A stretch of DNA of 36,416 nt. Source: Clostridia bacterium (GTDB lineage Bacteria; Bacillota; Clostridia; Oscillospirales; Acutalibacteraceae). Made by a program: the position numbers and the translations under genes. Location of the stretch: the NCBI GenBank assembly GCA_044426425.1, contig JAWXUN010000001.1, positions 1 through 36,416 on the forward strand, in the 5' to 3' direction. Below, piece after piece: positions 6,601 to 16,700 of this stretch. Within the stretch, counting starts at the first letter, position 1, and the number at the start of each line of letters is the position of its first letter. A model generated the notes under the pieces. That model saw nothing but the letters and a program-made list of their open reading frames with translations, did no database searches and was not told where the DNA came from.

Positions 6601-6795
6601 TTATTTCCTTTCTAATTTAGCAATTAAATCATTTTTATCAATTGTTGGTGTTGCTAATAAAAATATTTTCAAAAGTTCACAAAACATCTTTGCGGTTTCT
6701 TTTACTGCGTTTTCTGCATTTTGTTCATTTTCTACATTTAGTATGCAACGGTTTAAGATTTCTATTGCATTATCTAAATCAATATATTTACTCAT
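6601..6795 (-). CDS. Hypothetical small protein (64 aa)
   Basis: ATG 6795 overlaps the upstream stop by 8 nt (ATGAGTAA), with AAGGTG 5 nt upstream. Confidence 0.5.
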   Translation of the reverse strand: MSKYIDLDNAIEILNRCILNVENEQNAENAVKETAKMFCELLKIFLLATPTIDKNDLIAKLERK

Positions 6796-7333
6796 TTTTC
6801 ACCTTCAATTTTTTTGTATGCGGATTGGTAGTTTTCATTGACTCCATCATAGAAAAAATTTGCGTTAGAGTATCTTCATCAAACTTTGATTTTTTGTTTT
6901 CTGTAACATTATCATTGCTGAATAAGTTATGTTTGTTTAGAAAAGCAATATAAAATAATTTCAATTCGCTTTGGTATAAGTCTGAATAAAAATCATAGAG
7001 CATTTCAATTTCTAAAGCCTGTTCAGATGTACATTCAACAAATAAATTTGTGGGTAATCGTCTGCCTGTTAAATTGTTTTTTGAAAAAAATATTTTACAG
7101 GTTGAATTAACAACCATAAAAGCAATTTGAGCAAACAATTTCTTATCATCTTTACTCTTTAATTTAAATTGAAAATTCTTAAGTTTATTTTTATTCAAAT
7201 CTTCAATTTTTAAATTATGTTTTTCTAAAAGCTTTTCAAAAATTTGTTTTGCATTTTCACGTTCACCTCCTATACCTTGTTCTGAAAGTTTCTGTAATTT
7301 TAGTAATCGTTCGATTGTTTTTTCACTGTTCAT
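6788..7333 (-). CDS. DUF2786-like protein (181 aa)
   Basis: The N-terminus IERLLKLQKLSEQGIGGERENAKQIFEKLLEKHNL fits the DUF2786 helical pattern. AGAGGAG lies 5 nt before ATG 7333. Confidence 0.6.
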   Translation of the reverse strand: MNSEKTIERLLKLQKLSEQGIGGERENAKQIFEKLLEKHNLKIEDLNKNKLKNFQFKLKSKDDKKLFAQIAFMVVNSTCKIFFSKNNLTGRRLPTNLFVECTSEQALEIEMLYDFYSDLYQSELKLFYIAFLNKHNLFSNDNVTENKKSKFDEDTLTQIFSMMESMKTTNPHTKKLKVKNE

Positions 7334-7358
7334 TTTTACTCCTCTTTCTTTTTTCTTT

Positions 7359-7401
7359 ATAATACAATAATTATTTTTTTTAGTCGAGGATGTCGATTTT
7401 A
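7359..7401 (-). promoter_or_regulatory. Conserved promoter/operator-like module, copy 2
   Basis: The minus strand reads TAAAATCGACATCCTCGACT-N14-TTGTATTAT. The 20-mer has one mismatch to copy 1, and the N14 spacing and -10-like element are the same. It lies about 26 nt upstream of ATG 7333 and overlaps the radical-SAM stop codon. Confidence 0.5.
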
Positions 7402-8370
7402 AAAATATATTTCTCTTATTGTTTTTCCGTCAGTGCGTGGAATATAATTTAAAAAATTTTTGCATGAACGATAAATAATTTTGTTGTTACACCACCTTTG
7501 CAAATCTCTTGTTATGCGTGGTGCTGTTGCCTTTCTATAAATTCTAATATCGGGTGAAAATCCTAAATATTGAATTAATTTAACTCTGTAATACTCCTGC
7601 TCAAATGTTGTATTATAATTTGTTAAAACATATACATAAGCATTTCTTGATTTTGTTTCATCATAGTTCATGCACTCTTTAAAAGTGCTGAGTCCTTTGA
7701 ATATTTTTTCTTCATTTTGTAAAAAATCAAAAGCAAAGTGATACATTTTAACTTTCATTTTTTTGAAATATTCGCACACTTCTTTAGTAATAAATCTTGC
7801 ATCCAAGCCTTGTGTAAAATCAATTTTTGAACCACTATCAACAAGCTGTTGAAGTAGTTCGTTGCATGAGGAGCAGGCTAATATATTAGGGTCTAGTAAC
7901 ACAATTTCTTTTTGTCCGTTCCAAAAGTTTTTAAGGTCAGCTACTTTGTGGCAACACCTACTTTCTTTTTCACTGACTAGACAAAAACTGCAATTGTTCG
8001 GACACCCTCTTGTTAAAAATCCGTAGGCTTTATTTTTTGTTAATTGTGGATATAAATTATAATCGGGATAGCAGTTTTCAATATCTTTTGGTAACTGGTT
8101 ATCAAGTTTTTTGTTGTAGATTTCTTTGCCATTTTTTACTGAAATAGCAAAGCCAGTGCCACCTACAATAATTTCATCAGCACTTATAACTGTTTCATCT
8201 AACTGTGAATATTCGTCACCGAAAATCTTTGAAACATAAACCTTGTCATAGTGTTTCAAATGACTCATAAATTCAACATTTGCTCCTTGATTTTTCCAAT
8301 ATGCGGATATTTTCATTAACGCTAAGTTTGGGAAGTTTTTGCTATCGACATCGTAAAGACCTATATTCAT
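7399..8370 (-). CDS. Radical SAM enzyme of unknown specificity
   Basis: CxxxCxxC cluster motif in LTRGCPNNCSFCLV. Start set at ATG 8370 (MNIGLYDVD...) with AAGGAG at 8381-8386. The ORF-track start at 8403 adds only a K/R-rich 11-aa extension. Confidence 0.8.
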   Translation of the reverse strand: MNIGLYDVDSKNFPNLALMKISAYWKNQGANVEFMSHLKHYDKVYVSKIFGDEYSQLDETVISADEIIVGGTGFAISVKNGKEIYNKKLDNQLPKDIENCYPDYNLYPQLTKNKAYGFLTRGCPNNCSFCLVSEKESRCCHKVADLKNFWNGQKEIVLLDPNILACSSCNELLQQLVDSGSKIDFTQGLDARFITKEVCEYFKKMKVKMYHFAFDFLQNEEKIFKGLSTFKECMNYDETKSRNAYVYVLTNYNTTFEQEYYRVKLIQYLGFSPDIRIYRKATAPRITRDLQRWCNNKIIYRSCKNFLNYIPRTDGKTIREIYF

Positions 8371-8449
8371 ACTGACTTTTCTCCTTGTTTTTTTCTTACG
8401 CATTTTCTAACATCTCTAAGGAGTGTTAAAAATGTGGTAACGGAATTGG

Positions 8450-8557
8450 CAAGCAGGGCAAGTGGGTACCCACTTACGGCTTGTTGAGGGAAATACTCCC
8501 CCAATCCCCCTTTTAAAACGATGATAAAATCATCGTGCCACGCACTATAAATAGTGC
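8450..8557. promoter_or_regulatory. Cluster of three hairpins/palindromes in a GC-enriched intergenic region (candidate oriT and/or relaxase terminator)
   Basis: A 16-nt perfect palindrome aagtgggtacccactt (8460-8475) is flanked by caagc (8450-8454) / gcttg (8479-8483). An 8-bp stem acgatgat/atcatcgt spans 8518-8536. A 7-bp stem gcactat/atagtgc spans 8542-8557. Confidence 0.45.
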
Positions 8558-8626
8558 TGAAAAGTATTTGAAAATTTCATTGTTCAAAACTTTATTTGTG
8601 GAAAAAACACATCAAAATAAAAGGAT

Positions 8627-10039
8627 TTACCTTTCATAGTTTTGATTGTTTTTTCTTCTTTCTTGCGTGGGTATTTCTTGTTTTTCCAAAATTAAATCTA
8701 TATTTATTTTTGCTTTTTCTATTTCTTGCATTTGATTTTTTGCTGTCTTATATTCCGCATAGCAGGCATTTTTTTTCTGGACTAAATCGGAAAATTCCTC
8801 TCGTAAAAATCTAAGCGAAGGTAATTTTTTTACATCTAATGTATCAAAATATGCTTTTGCATTTTTGTGCAAATCTATCGCATTTGGATGCATTTCGAGA
8901 TATGATTTTGAATATCCAGACTTTCGATATTCAGTATAAATATCTCGTGTTTTGAGATAATTATATATGTGATTTTGCAATAGTTTGTTATCTGTAATTT
9001 TCGTTTCTAGTGATTTAATATCACTATTAATTTTTTCAAATCTGTCGCAACACTCTTGAGATTTTTGTGTTAATTTTTCATAAGAAAGTAGATTGTTTTC
9101 TCTCAAAAAATTAACAGTTTGTGCCATTTGCTTTAGATTAAAAATCTTTGCCCATCGCTCATATCCTGCACCCTTTCCCTCGTTAATTTTTGATTGAATA
9201 TCAAATAATAAATTAACAGTTTTCTTTGGTGGTGGAGCAATTAAAGTTTTTGATTTTTTGATTTTGGGATAGTCACTACTGATAATTTGCTTGATTTTTT
9301 CTTCTGAATATTCCTCGCCAAGTGAACGCAAACGGATAAACTTTTTTTGATTTTTACCTTTAAATGCTAAGTGTTTTCCACTCTTAACTTCGTAACCTGC
9401 GGACTTCATAAGATATATAAATGTAGTAAAATCTTTTGGATTTTGCTCTAAAACATCATCAATAATTTGTTTGAGTTTTTGAGAGTGCGACATAGTTTTA
9501 TTTTTATATAAACTAGATTTTTTAGTTTTGTTGTCCGCTGTTTTTTCTATTATTGATAGATTATTTTCTAAGCATATCCTATCAGATATTTTTGCTAATG
9601 CCTTGCCACTTCTTATAAAATTTCTGAATTTTCTTTCGCCATTTATTGTTGTCGAATTGAAAACAATGTGATTATGTATGTGTGCTTTATCGGTGTGAGT
9701 GCTAACAACAAATGCGTGTTTTCCTTTTGTAAAACTCATTACAAGTTCATATCCAACTTGATTAGCAAGTTCGGGTGTTATCTCGTTTGGTTTAAAAGAT
9801 TGAATAATTAAATATCCAATAACATCATTTTTTTGTTCACGACCTGTCATGTAATCATACTTTTTTTTAGACATCATAAATTCAATATCGGCAGTTTTTG
9901 GGTCACAATTAAATGATGAAACATACTTACCTTCGTTTGTTTTTTCATCATTAATTGTATAATCAATGCGATTAGAAAGACACTGATTTATAGATTTTCC
10001 TTTGTTTTTGCGTAACGATATAAGTGTTGTTCTTGCCAC
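8627..10039 (-). CDS. Relaxase / mobilisation nuclease (MobA/VirD2-type, HUH)
   Basis: Histidine triad HTDKAHIHNHIVFNS, and an N-terminal ...NRIDYTINDEKT block with the candidate catalytic Tyr. GTG 10039 with GGAGG 6 nt upstream. Confidence 0.9.
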   Translation of the reverse strand: MARTTLISLRKNKGKSINQCLSNRIDYTINDEKTNEGKYVSSFNCDPKTADIEFMMSKKKYDYMTGREQKNDVIGYLIIQSFKPNEITPELANQVGYELVMSFTKGKHAFVVSTHTDKAHIHNHIVFNSTTINGERKFRNFIRSGKALAKISDRICLENNLSIIEKTADNKTKKSSLYKNKTMSHSQKLKQIIDDVLEQNPKDFTTFIYLMKSAGYEVKSGKHLAFKGKNQKKFIRLRSLGEEYSEEKIKQIISSDYPKIKKSKTLIAPPPKKTVNLLFDIQSKINEGKGAGYERWAKIFNLKQMAQTVNFLRENNLLSYEKLTQKSQECCDRFEKINSDIKSLETKITDNKLLQNHIYNYLKTRDIYTEYRKSGYSKSYLEMHPNAIDLHKNAKAYFDTLDVKKLPSLRFLREEFSDLVQKKNACYAEYKTAKNQMQEIEKAKINIDLILEKQEIPTQERRKNNQNYER

Positions 10040-10126
10040 TAAAGACCTCCTTTAAACAAAAAAAGCAAAGCAAAGAACTGAAAATTTAAAATAAAAAATT
10101 CAGCCTTTACCTTGCCTTAAGTTTAA

Positions 10127-10318
10127 CTATATTAAAATAATTATAAATTGTAAATGCAATATTGAGGGATAGAAAAATTTCACTTTTCTATCTAACAAAT
10201 CTGTATTGATATAAAAATTTTCTGAATAACCTGCAAAAAGCAAGTTATCTTTTCCTTGTTTTTTATTATATATTTTCATGTCACCACGCAAAATATTAAT
10301 AAGTTTTTTTAATTTCAT
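10127..10318 (-). CDS. Hypothetical small protein (63 aa) between mobC and the relaxase gene
   Basis: ATG 10318 (MKLKKLINIL...) preceded by GAGAGGTGGG. No family recognised. Confidence 0.35.
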   Translation of the reverse strand: MKLKKLINILRGDMKIYNKKQGKDNLLFAGYSENFYINTDLLDRKVKFFYPSILHLQFIIILI

Positions 10319-10386
10319 TCTTTGTCCCACCTCTCATAAATACCTTAATTTAATTTTATCAAAAATTAAAAATTAAGTCTATGATG

Positions 10387-10722
10387 TCATGTTGAAAGTA
10401 ATTTTTTTAAAATATTTGCAGAGTTATCACGAATTTCCTCATAACTTTTTTTGATTTCGTCAATATCATCAATGTAAATATTACCAGTTTGATGTAGCTT
10501 TTTTACAAGTTGATTTAGACTATTGTTAGTAGCTCTAAGAGTCTTTAACATTAAATCAATTGATTTTAAATCCAGTTGAAGAAGATAACCATTTAATGCC
10601 ATTTTTCGCAAATACAATCCCATGTTTGTTATACCGCAATATTTCATATTTTCCTGTATTTGCTTATTTTCTTTCTCGTTCACTCTGAATTTTTTTTGAA
10701 TGTTTCTTTCTCTTTTTTTCAT
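10387..10722 (-). CDS. mobC: MobC-family relaxosome accessory protein
   Basis: KKFRVNEKENKQIQENMKYCGITNMGLYLRKMALNG...NNSLNQLVKKLHQTGNIY matches the MobC pattern. ATG 10722 overlaps the polyvalent-gene TGA (ATGA). Confidence 0.85.
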   Translation of the reverse strand: MKKRERNIQKKFRVNEKENKQIQENMKYCGITNMGLYLRKMALNGYLLQLDLKSIDLMLKTLRATNNSLNQLVKKLHQTGNIYIDDIDEIKKSYEEIRDNSANILKKLLST

Positions 10723-13700
10723 CGCTCAACCTCATTAGATAAACTTTTTTTAGGCTCTTGTTGTGTTTTTTGCTGTGGGTTTTCGGCTTTAGACTCTAAA
10801 CTCATTTCTGTTTCAAGTTTTTCTAATTGCTTAACTTTCTCACTTAAAATATCTTCTTTTGTAAACGGTTTACTCAATTCACTTTTAGCTGTTTCAAGCT
10901 GATTTTCAACATTTTCAAGCATATTTTTATTGTGAAATATTTTGATTTCGACTCTATCAAGTTCGTTATCAATTCTCAAAATATTACCTCTTGGGTCATC
11001 ACCTAGTGTAATATGGTGACTGATTTCGCCTTTTAGTCTAAGATTATATTCATTAGAAAAAGTGTTGTAATGTAAAAACATATCCATTCCACGATAAGTT
11101 CCTAATTGCATTTCTTGTGCGTCTAGCAATGATTTACACTTTGTAATTAATGCAAGTCCTGCAATTTCTTTATCTTTATAGACAATATTATCTATTGTCA
11201 TATTGTTAAAAAAGTTCTCTTTTATAGGATATTTTTCTTTAAGCATTAGCATATCTTTTTCCAAGCCTGCAATTGCAATTTTGTAATTGTTTATATCTTC
11301 TGGGAATTTTTTTGTGATATTATCTTCAAGACGATAATGGATATTTTTATAATCTGCTTTTTCTATTTTTAATTTAGAAATTTCAAGCGACAAGTCCATT
11401 GCAAGTTTTAAGTTTGGGTCACCTGCACAAAGAGCCTTTACCTCTGCACAGCTTAAAGCAAACTCGTCTAAATCATCACAAGAACGAACAGGCGATTTTG
11501 AGGTCATAATTTGACTTATGAATTTTTGTTTTTTCTCTAGTGTTTGCCATAAATAAGCATCAAAAGTACCATCTGTTACATATCTAAAGATATGTGCTTC
11601 CTTGTTCATATTTCCTTGTCGTTCGATACGTCCACTACGTTGTCGCAAATCCCCTGGTCGCCATGGAGCGTCAAGGTCATGCATTGCGACAAGTCTGTCT
11701 TGTACATTCATGCCTGCACCACATTTTGAGGTGCTACCAATCATAACTCTAACAGAACCAGTACGCATTTTTTCAAAAAGTTTTTGTTTTTGAACCTCTG
11801 TTTTTGCTTCATGTATAAATGCAATTTCTTCTCGTGGAACACCTCTTGAAACAAGTTTTTCACGGATATCGTCATACACACAAAATTCTTTTGAATTTGC
11901 TTTTGCTTTTGGTGTAGACATATCACAAAAAATCAACTGTGTTAATTTTTCAGCTTTGTTATCTTCCCAAATCTTGAAAACATTATTAATACAAGCATTT
12001 ACCTTGCTGTTTGGGTCATCTGGCAACATAGTGTTAAATAATCGTTGGTCTAAGCCTATCTTTCGTCCGTCTGATGTTATTTTTAGCATATTGTCAGCAC
12101 TTGGGTCAACTTTTCTATTATGAACATCGGTGGAACGCTGGCTAAGGCTTTGTATCATTTCTTTTTGAATTTCTGTCGGCTGTGTAACCACATTTGTGTA
12201 TGTCATAGTTGGAGTTGGTAAATCTAGTTGGTCTGCTGTTTTGATGTCAGCAACTTCCTTAAACATATTCATAAGTTCTGGAAGATTGAAAAATTTTGAA
12301 AAACGTGTCCTTAGTCTAAAACCTGTTCCCTCGGGTGCTAGTTCACTTTCTGTTGATGTTGTTGCAAAAGTACTTGCCCACGAGTCAAAATGCATTAAAT
12401 TTTGTCTTTTTACTGTGGCATATTGTAAATATCTTTGCATTACATACAACTCTGACATTGAGTTCATTACAGGTGTACCAGTTGCAAATACTACACCTTT
12501 ACCACCTGTAATCTCGTCTAAATAGCGACACTTTAAAAGCATATCCGCTGATTTTTGGCTTTCAGTAGTACTGAGTCCTGCAATATTACGCATTTTTGTA
12601 AATACAAAACCATTTTTATATGCGTGTGCTTCGTCTACAACTAGCATATCAACACCAAGCTGCTCGAATGTTACTACATCATCTTTTTTGTAGTTTGCTT
12701 GCATTTTTTCAAGTCTTTCTTCAAGTTTTTTTCTAGTGCGTTCTAATTGCCTTATTGTAAATCTCTCACTATTTTTGTATTTAAGTTCATTAATACCAGT
12801 TAAAACTTCTTGAATTTGTTCATTAAGCATTCTTTCTTGTCTTTCTTGAGAAATAGGAATGCGTTCAAATTGACTATGTCCTATGATAATTGCATCATAT
12901 TCACCTGTGGCAATTCTTGCACAGAATTTTTTGCGGTTTTTTGTTTCAAAATCTTTTTTTGTCGCTACTAAAATATTAGCAGACGGATATAATCGCAAAA
13001 ATTCTCCTGCCATTTGTTCTGTTAAGTGGTTAGGAACTGCAATTAAGGCTTTATTACATAAACCTAAACGCTTTTTCTCCATTACACCTGCAATCATTTC
13101 AAAACTTTTACCTGCTCCAACTTCATGAGCGAGTAATGTATTGTTGCCGTAAATAATACGAGCGATTGCATTTATTTGATGTTCTTTTAATGTTATTTCT
13201 GGATTAATTCCACCAAAAGTAATATGACTACCGTCATATTCACGAGGTCTTGTTGAATTAAATTTATCGTTGTAAAGTCTTGTGAGAAATTGCCTGCGTT
13301 CTTGATTGTTCCAAATCCATTCCCTAAACTTTTCTTTAATTGCATCTTGCTTTTGCTGTGCAACTTCTGTTTCATTTCTATTAATGACTCTTTTTTCTTT
13401 GCCGTCAATATCCGTAACTGTATCATAAATTCTTGTATCACGAAGATTTAGACAATCTTCTAAAAGTCTATACGCATTTGCTCTTTCTGTACCAAAAGTC
13501 GCTGTTGCTAAAACATTATCAGAACTTATAGCATTTTTAGATGTGATATTCCACTCACCTGTTACTGGTGAAAAGTCTACATTAATACCATAACTACTAT
13601 TATAACCTACTTGCAAATAATCTGGTGTTTGTAAAGTTTCATACATGAATTGTCGGATATATTTTTTATCAATCCAAGTTGCACCTAAGCGAACTTCAAT

Positions 13701-16700
13701 TTCACTTGCTTCGAGGTCTTTTGGTTGGACAAGTTCTAGCATATCTATGTGATTTTGAAATTCGGGATATTTGCTTACTATACATTTGACCTCTCCTAGT
13801 TTTTCTCTTACATTACCACTCAAATACTCGTCAGCTGTGAAAAATCTTGCTTTTTCGTTTTCTTCTCCACAATGTAGAGGGTCTTTGAATATTATTCCAT
13901 TTAGTTCGACTACAAGTCTATTTAAATCGTACTTATCACCGAGCAACTCTGCCATATAATTAACATCTACATAGCCTTTTTTGCCTATTGATATAGCTAA
14001 TGCTTCTGATGGTGTTTCTGCTGATGTTGGAATAACAAAGTTTTTGATAGTTCTTTTTGTAAAAATTGCTGATTTTTCTTTCAAAGTTCCATCATCATTT
14101 AGGTTTTCGAGGGAAGTTAATAAATGATAGGAATTATCTTCAGCTAAAGCCTTTGCGTTGGCTTTACTGCTTATTAATCCATGCTTTTTAGTAAAACTAT
14201 CATATATTTCATTTAATTGTTTTTGGCTTTGTTCAATCGCTTCAGAGCTGTATTCTTCAAGTTGCAAGCGTATAACTTCATTCAAACAGGACCTTACTTC
14301 AATTAAACCTTTTATTCGGTCTAAATTGTTTTTTTGTAAGGTCATTGTTGAATTTTGGCGATAATACACATTATTATCAATAACAGCATAAGAATAATTT
14401 TTAACTCGTGGGTCAGCAGGAACTACATCGTTTTTATTAGAATTTTTTTCGCTAATCTCTTCAAAACTACTCTCAAAGTCGATTTCTCCAACGATATTAT
14501 TAATAGCTTTGTCGAGTTGTTCGCTTAGGTTAGCACCCTCAAACGCTGTGCAAGTACTTTTCATGCCGTACTGGCTTGATACCATTTCCATTTTACCAAG
14601 CACCATGTGAGGATTTTCTACAAAGTAGCTGTTAATAGATATATTGTTTTCATCATATCCCAAGTGTGCCCAGTCGCATTCAATGTCAATTGGTCGCTCT
14701 CTTTTTTGTAAAAATATAATATCAGACGTAACATCTGTTCCTGCGTTAGCCTTGAATGCATTGTCTGGAAGTCTTATCGCACCCAAAAGTTCCGCCCTTT
14801 GTGCGAGATATCTCCTTACTTTTGGATTTTCCTTATCAAGTGTTCCTTTTGATGTCACGAAAGCAACTACACCTCCTGCCCTTATCTTATCTAGTGATTT
14901 TGCGAAAAAGTGGTCATGAATAAGGAAGTTATTTTTTTCATATTTTCGCTCATATAATTTGTAATTTCCAAAAGGAACATTACCAATAGCAACATCAAAA
15001 AAATTGTCGGGATATTCTGTTTTTTCAAAACCTTTGATATCAATATTTGCTTGTGGATATAGTTTTTGAGCAATTCGCCCAGTTACCGAGTCTAGTTCCA
15101 CACCGTAAAGATTAGAATTTTTCATATTCTCGGGTAACATTCCGAAAAAGTTTCCAACACCACAGCTAGGCTCGAGGATATTTCCAGTTTCAAATCCCAT
15201 ATTTCCAATTGCTTTATACATCGCATTAATAATTGTTGGTGATGTGTAATGTGCATTTTGAACAGTTGCCCTAGCATTAGAATACTCTTCATCATTTAAC
15301 AATGATTTTAGTGTGTTAAAATTGTTGTTATTTTCTTCAAAAACTTCTGCTAAACCACCCCAACCAACATATTTACTCAATATTTCTTTTTCGCTGTCCA
15401 TTGCTAGTCGGTTTTCGCTTTCAATTGTTTGCAAAGTTTCTATTGCTTCAATGTTGTTTCTAATTTTCTCGGACTTTGTTCCGATACCTAAATTATAATT
15501 TGTAATATGATAATTTTCTTCTATTAGTTCTTCTTTTTTCTCAAGTTTAAAATTTTGGTGAGAAATATTGTCAAACCAAGTAATCATAAAACTTTTCAAA
15601 TCTGCAACTACCTTTGGTGATACATCATCTACTGAATAGTATTGTCCTATTGAGTCTTGAAGAAAAGATGTAGGATAAATTCCATTGTTTTCTATTTTAA
15701 AGGTAATTTCTGGGTCACGCATCAAATCTCCGTTTTGCTCGTAGTAATGAGCAATGCTATATTCACCATAACCAATATTTTCAATAACTAAATCTTCATA
15801 GCCTTCTGATTTAAACTTTAGATAATCTGTTTTATTTTCAATGATTGGTTGCATATATGGGTATAGCTTTTTATATAAGTTTTGTTCGGTTCTATTTGCA
15901 ACTGGAGGAGCATTTAGACTATCTTTCCATGCCTTAAACTTATCATAAACCTCTGATGTCATGCTATCGCCTAAAATTTCACCACGAGGATTTATTGATG
16001 TTGTTTGAGTGGTATACACCATATCACCACTTTTACCAACTTGGTATTTGACTCCGTCTATGTTATATCCAATCACATCTCCGTCATTGTACTTAGAATA
16101 GTCAATATCTAAATCATGAAAATCTTTAAAAAATATTAATTCTGGACTTTGATTTTCTGATACTATATTTTTCTTTTCCCAAACAGCTAAAGCTTCTGTT
16201 AGTTCTTCACCTGTGTAACCTCTAAAATTTTCATTAATAGAGTAATCAGACTTGCTAATTTCTCTTGCTTCAATCTCAACTTTTAAGGCATTAAATTTAT
16301 ATGTATCATTGATTTTAATGACTTTTTCTATCCACTCTTCTTTAGGATAAAATTTTTCAGCATCATCATTGATTTTTGCAACAGCAAGTGGTGGTAAACT
16401 ATCTCCATAGATTTTAACTGTTCCTGTTTCACTAATATGTGCAACTGTTTTGTAGTCATTGCTTTCTGTATCTAAATAATTCCAAACAGTTGTACCGTTA
16501 CCTAAATTCCCATAACCTAAAGCAAATTCCTTGCCTTGCTCATTTGTAAAAACTTCTAACTCCATATCCACAAAATTACTGCTACTTTTTACAAATTCAC
16601 TAGCGATTGAACTATACATGATTGTTTTTGATGTGTTAATTGCAGGCTCGTTACTATCTTCTAATAATATTTCTGACTCGTCTAAATCATCAAAACCATT

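Noticed and set aside
11741-15073. Other same-strand alternate-frame ORFs inside large genes (11741-11926, 13193-13441 and 14891-15073 in the polyvalent gene; 25400-25597 in topB).
   Set aside because: They are short (60-82 aa) and their K/Q/F-rich sequences match no family I recognise. They serve as the background against which the TnpV-like ORF stands out.
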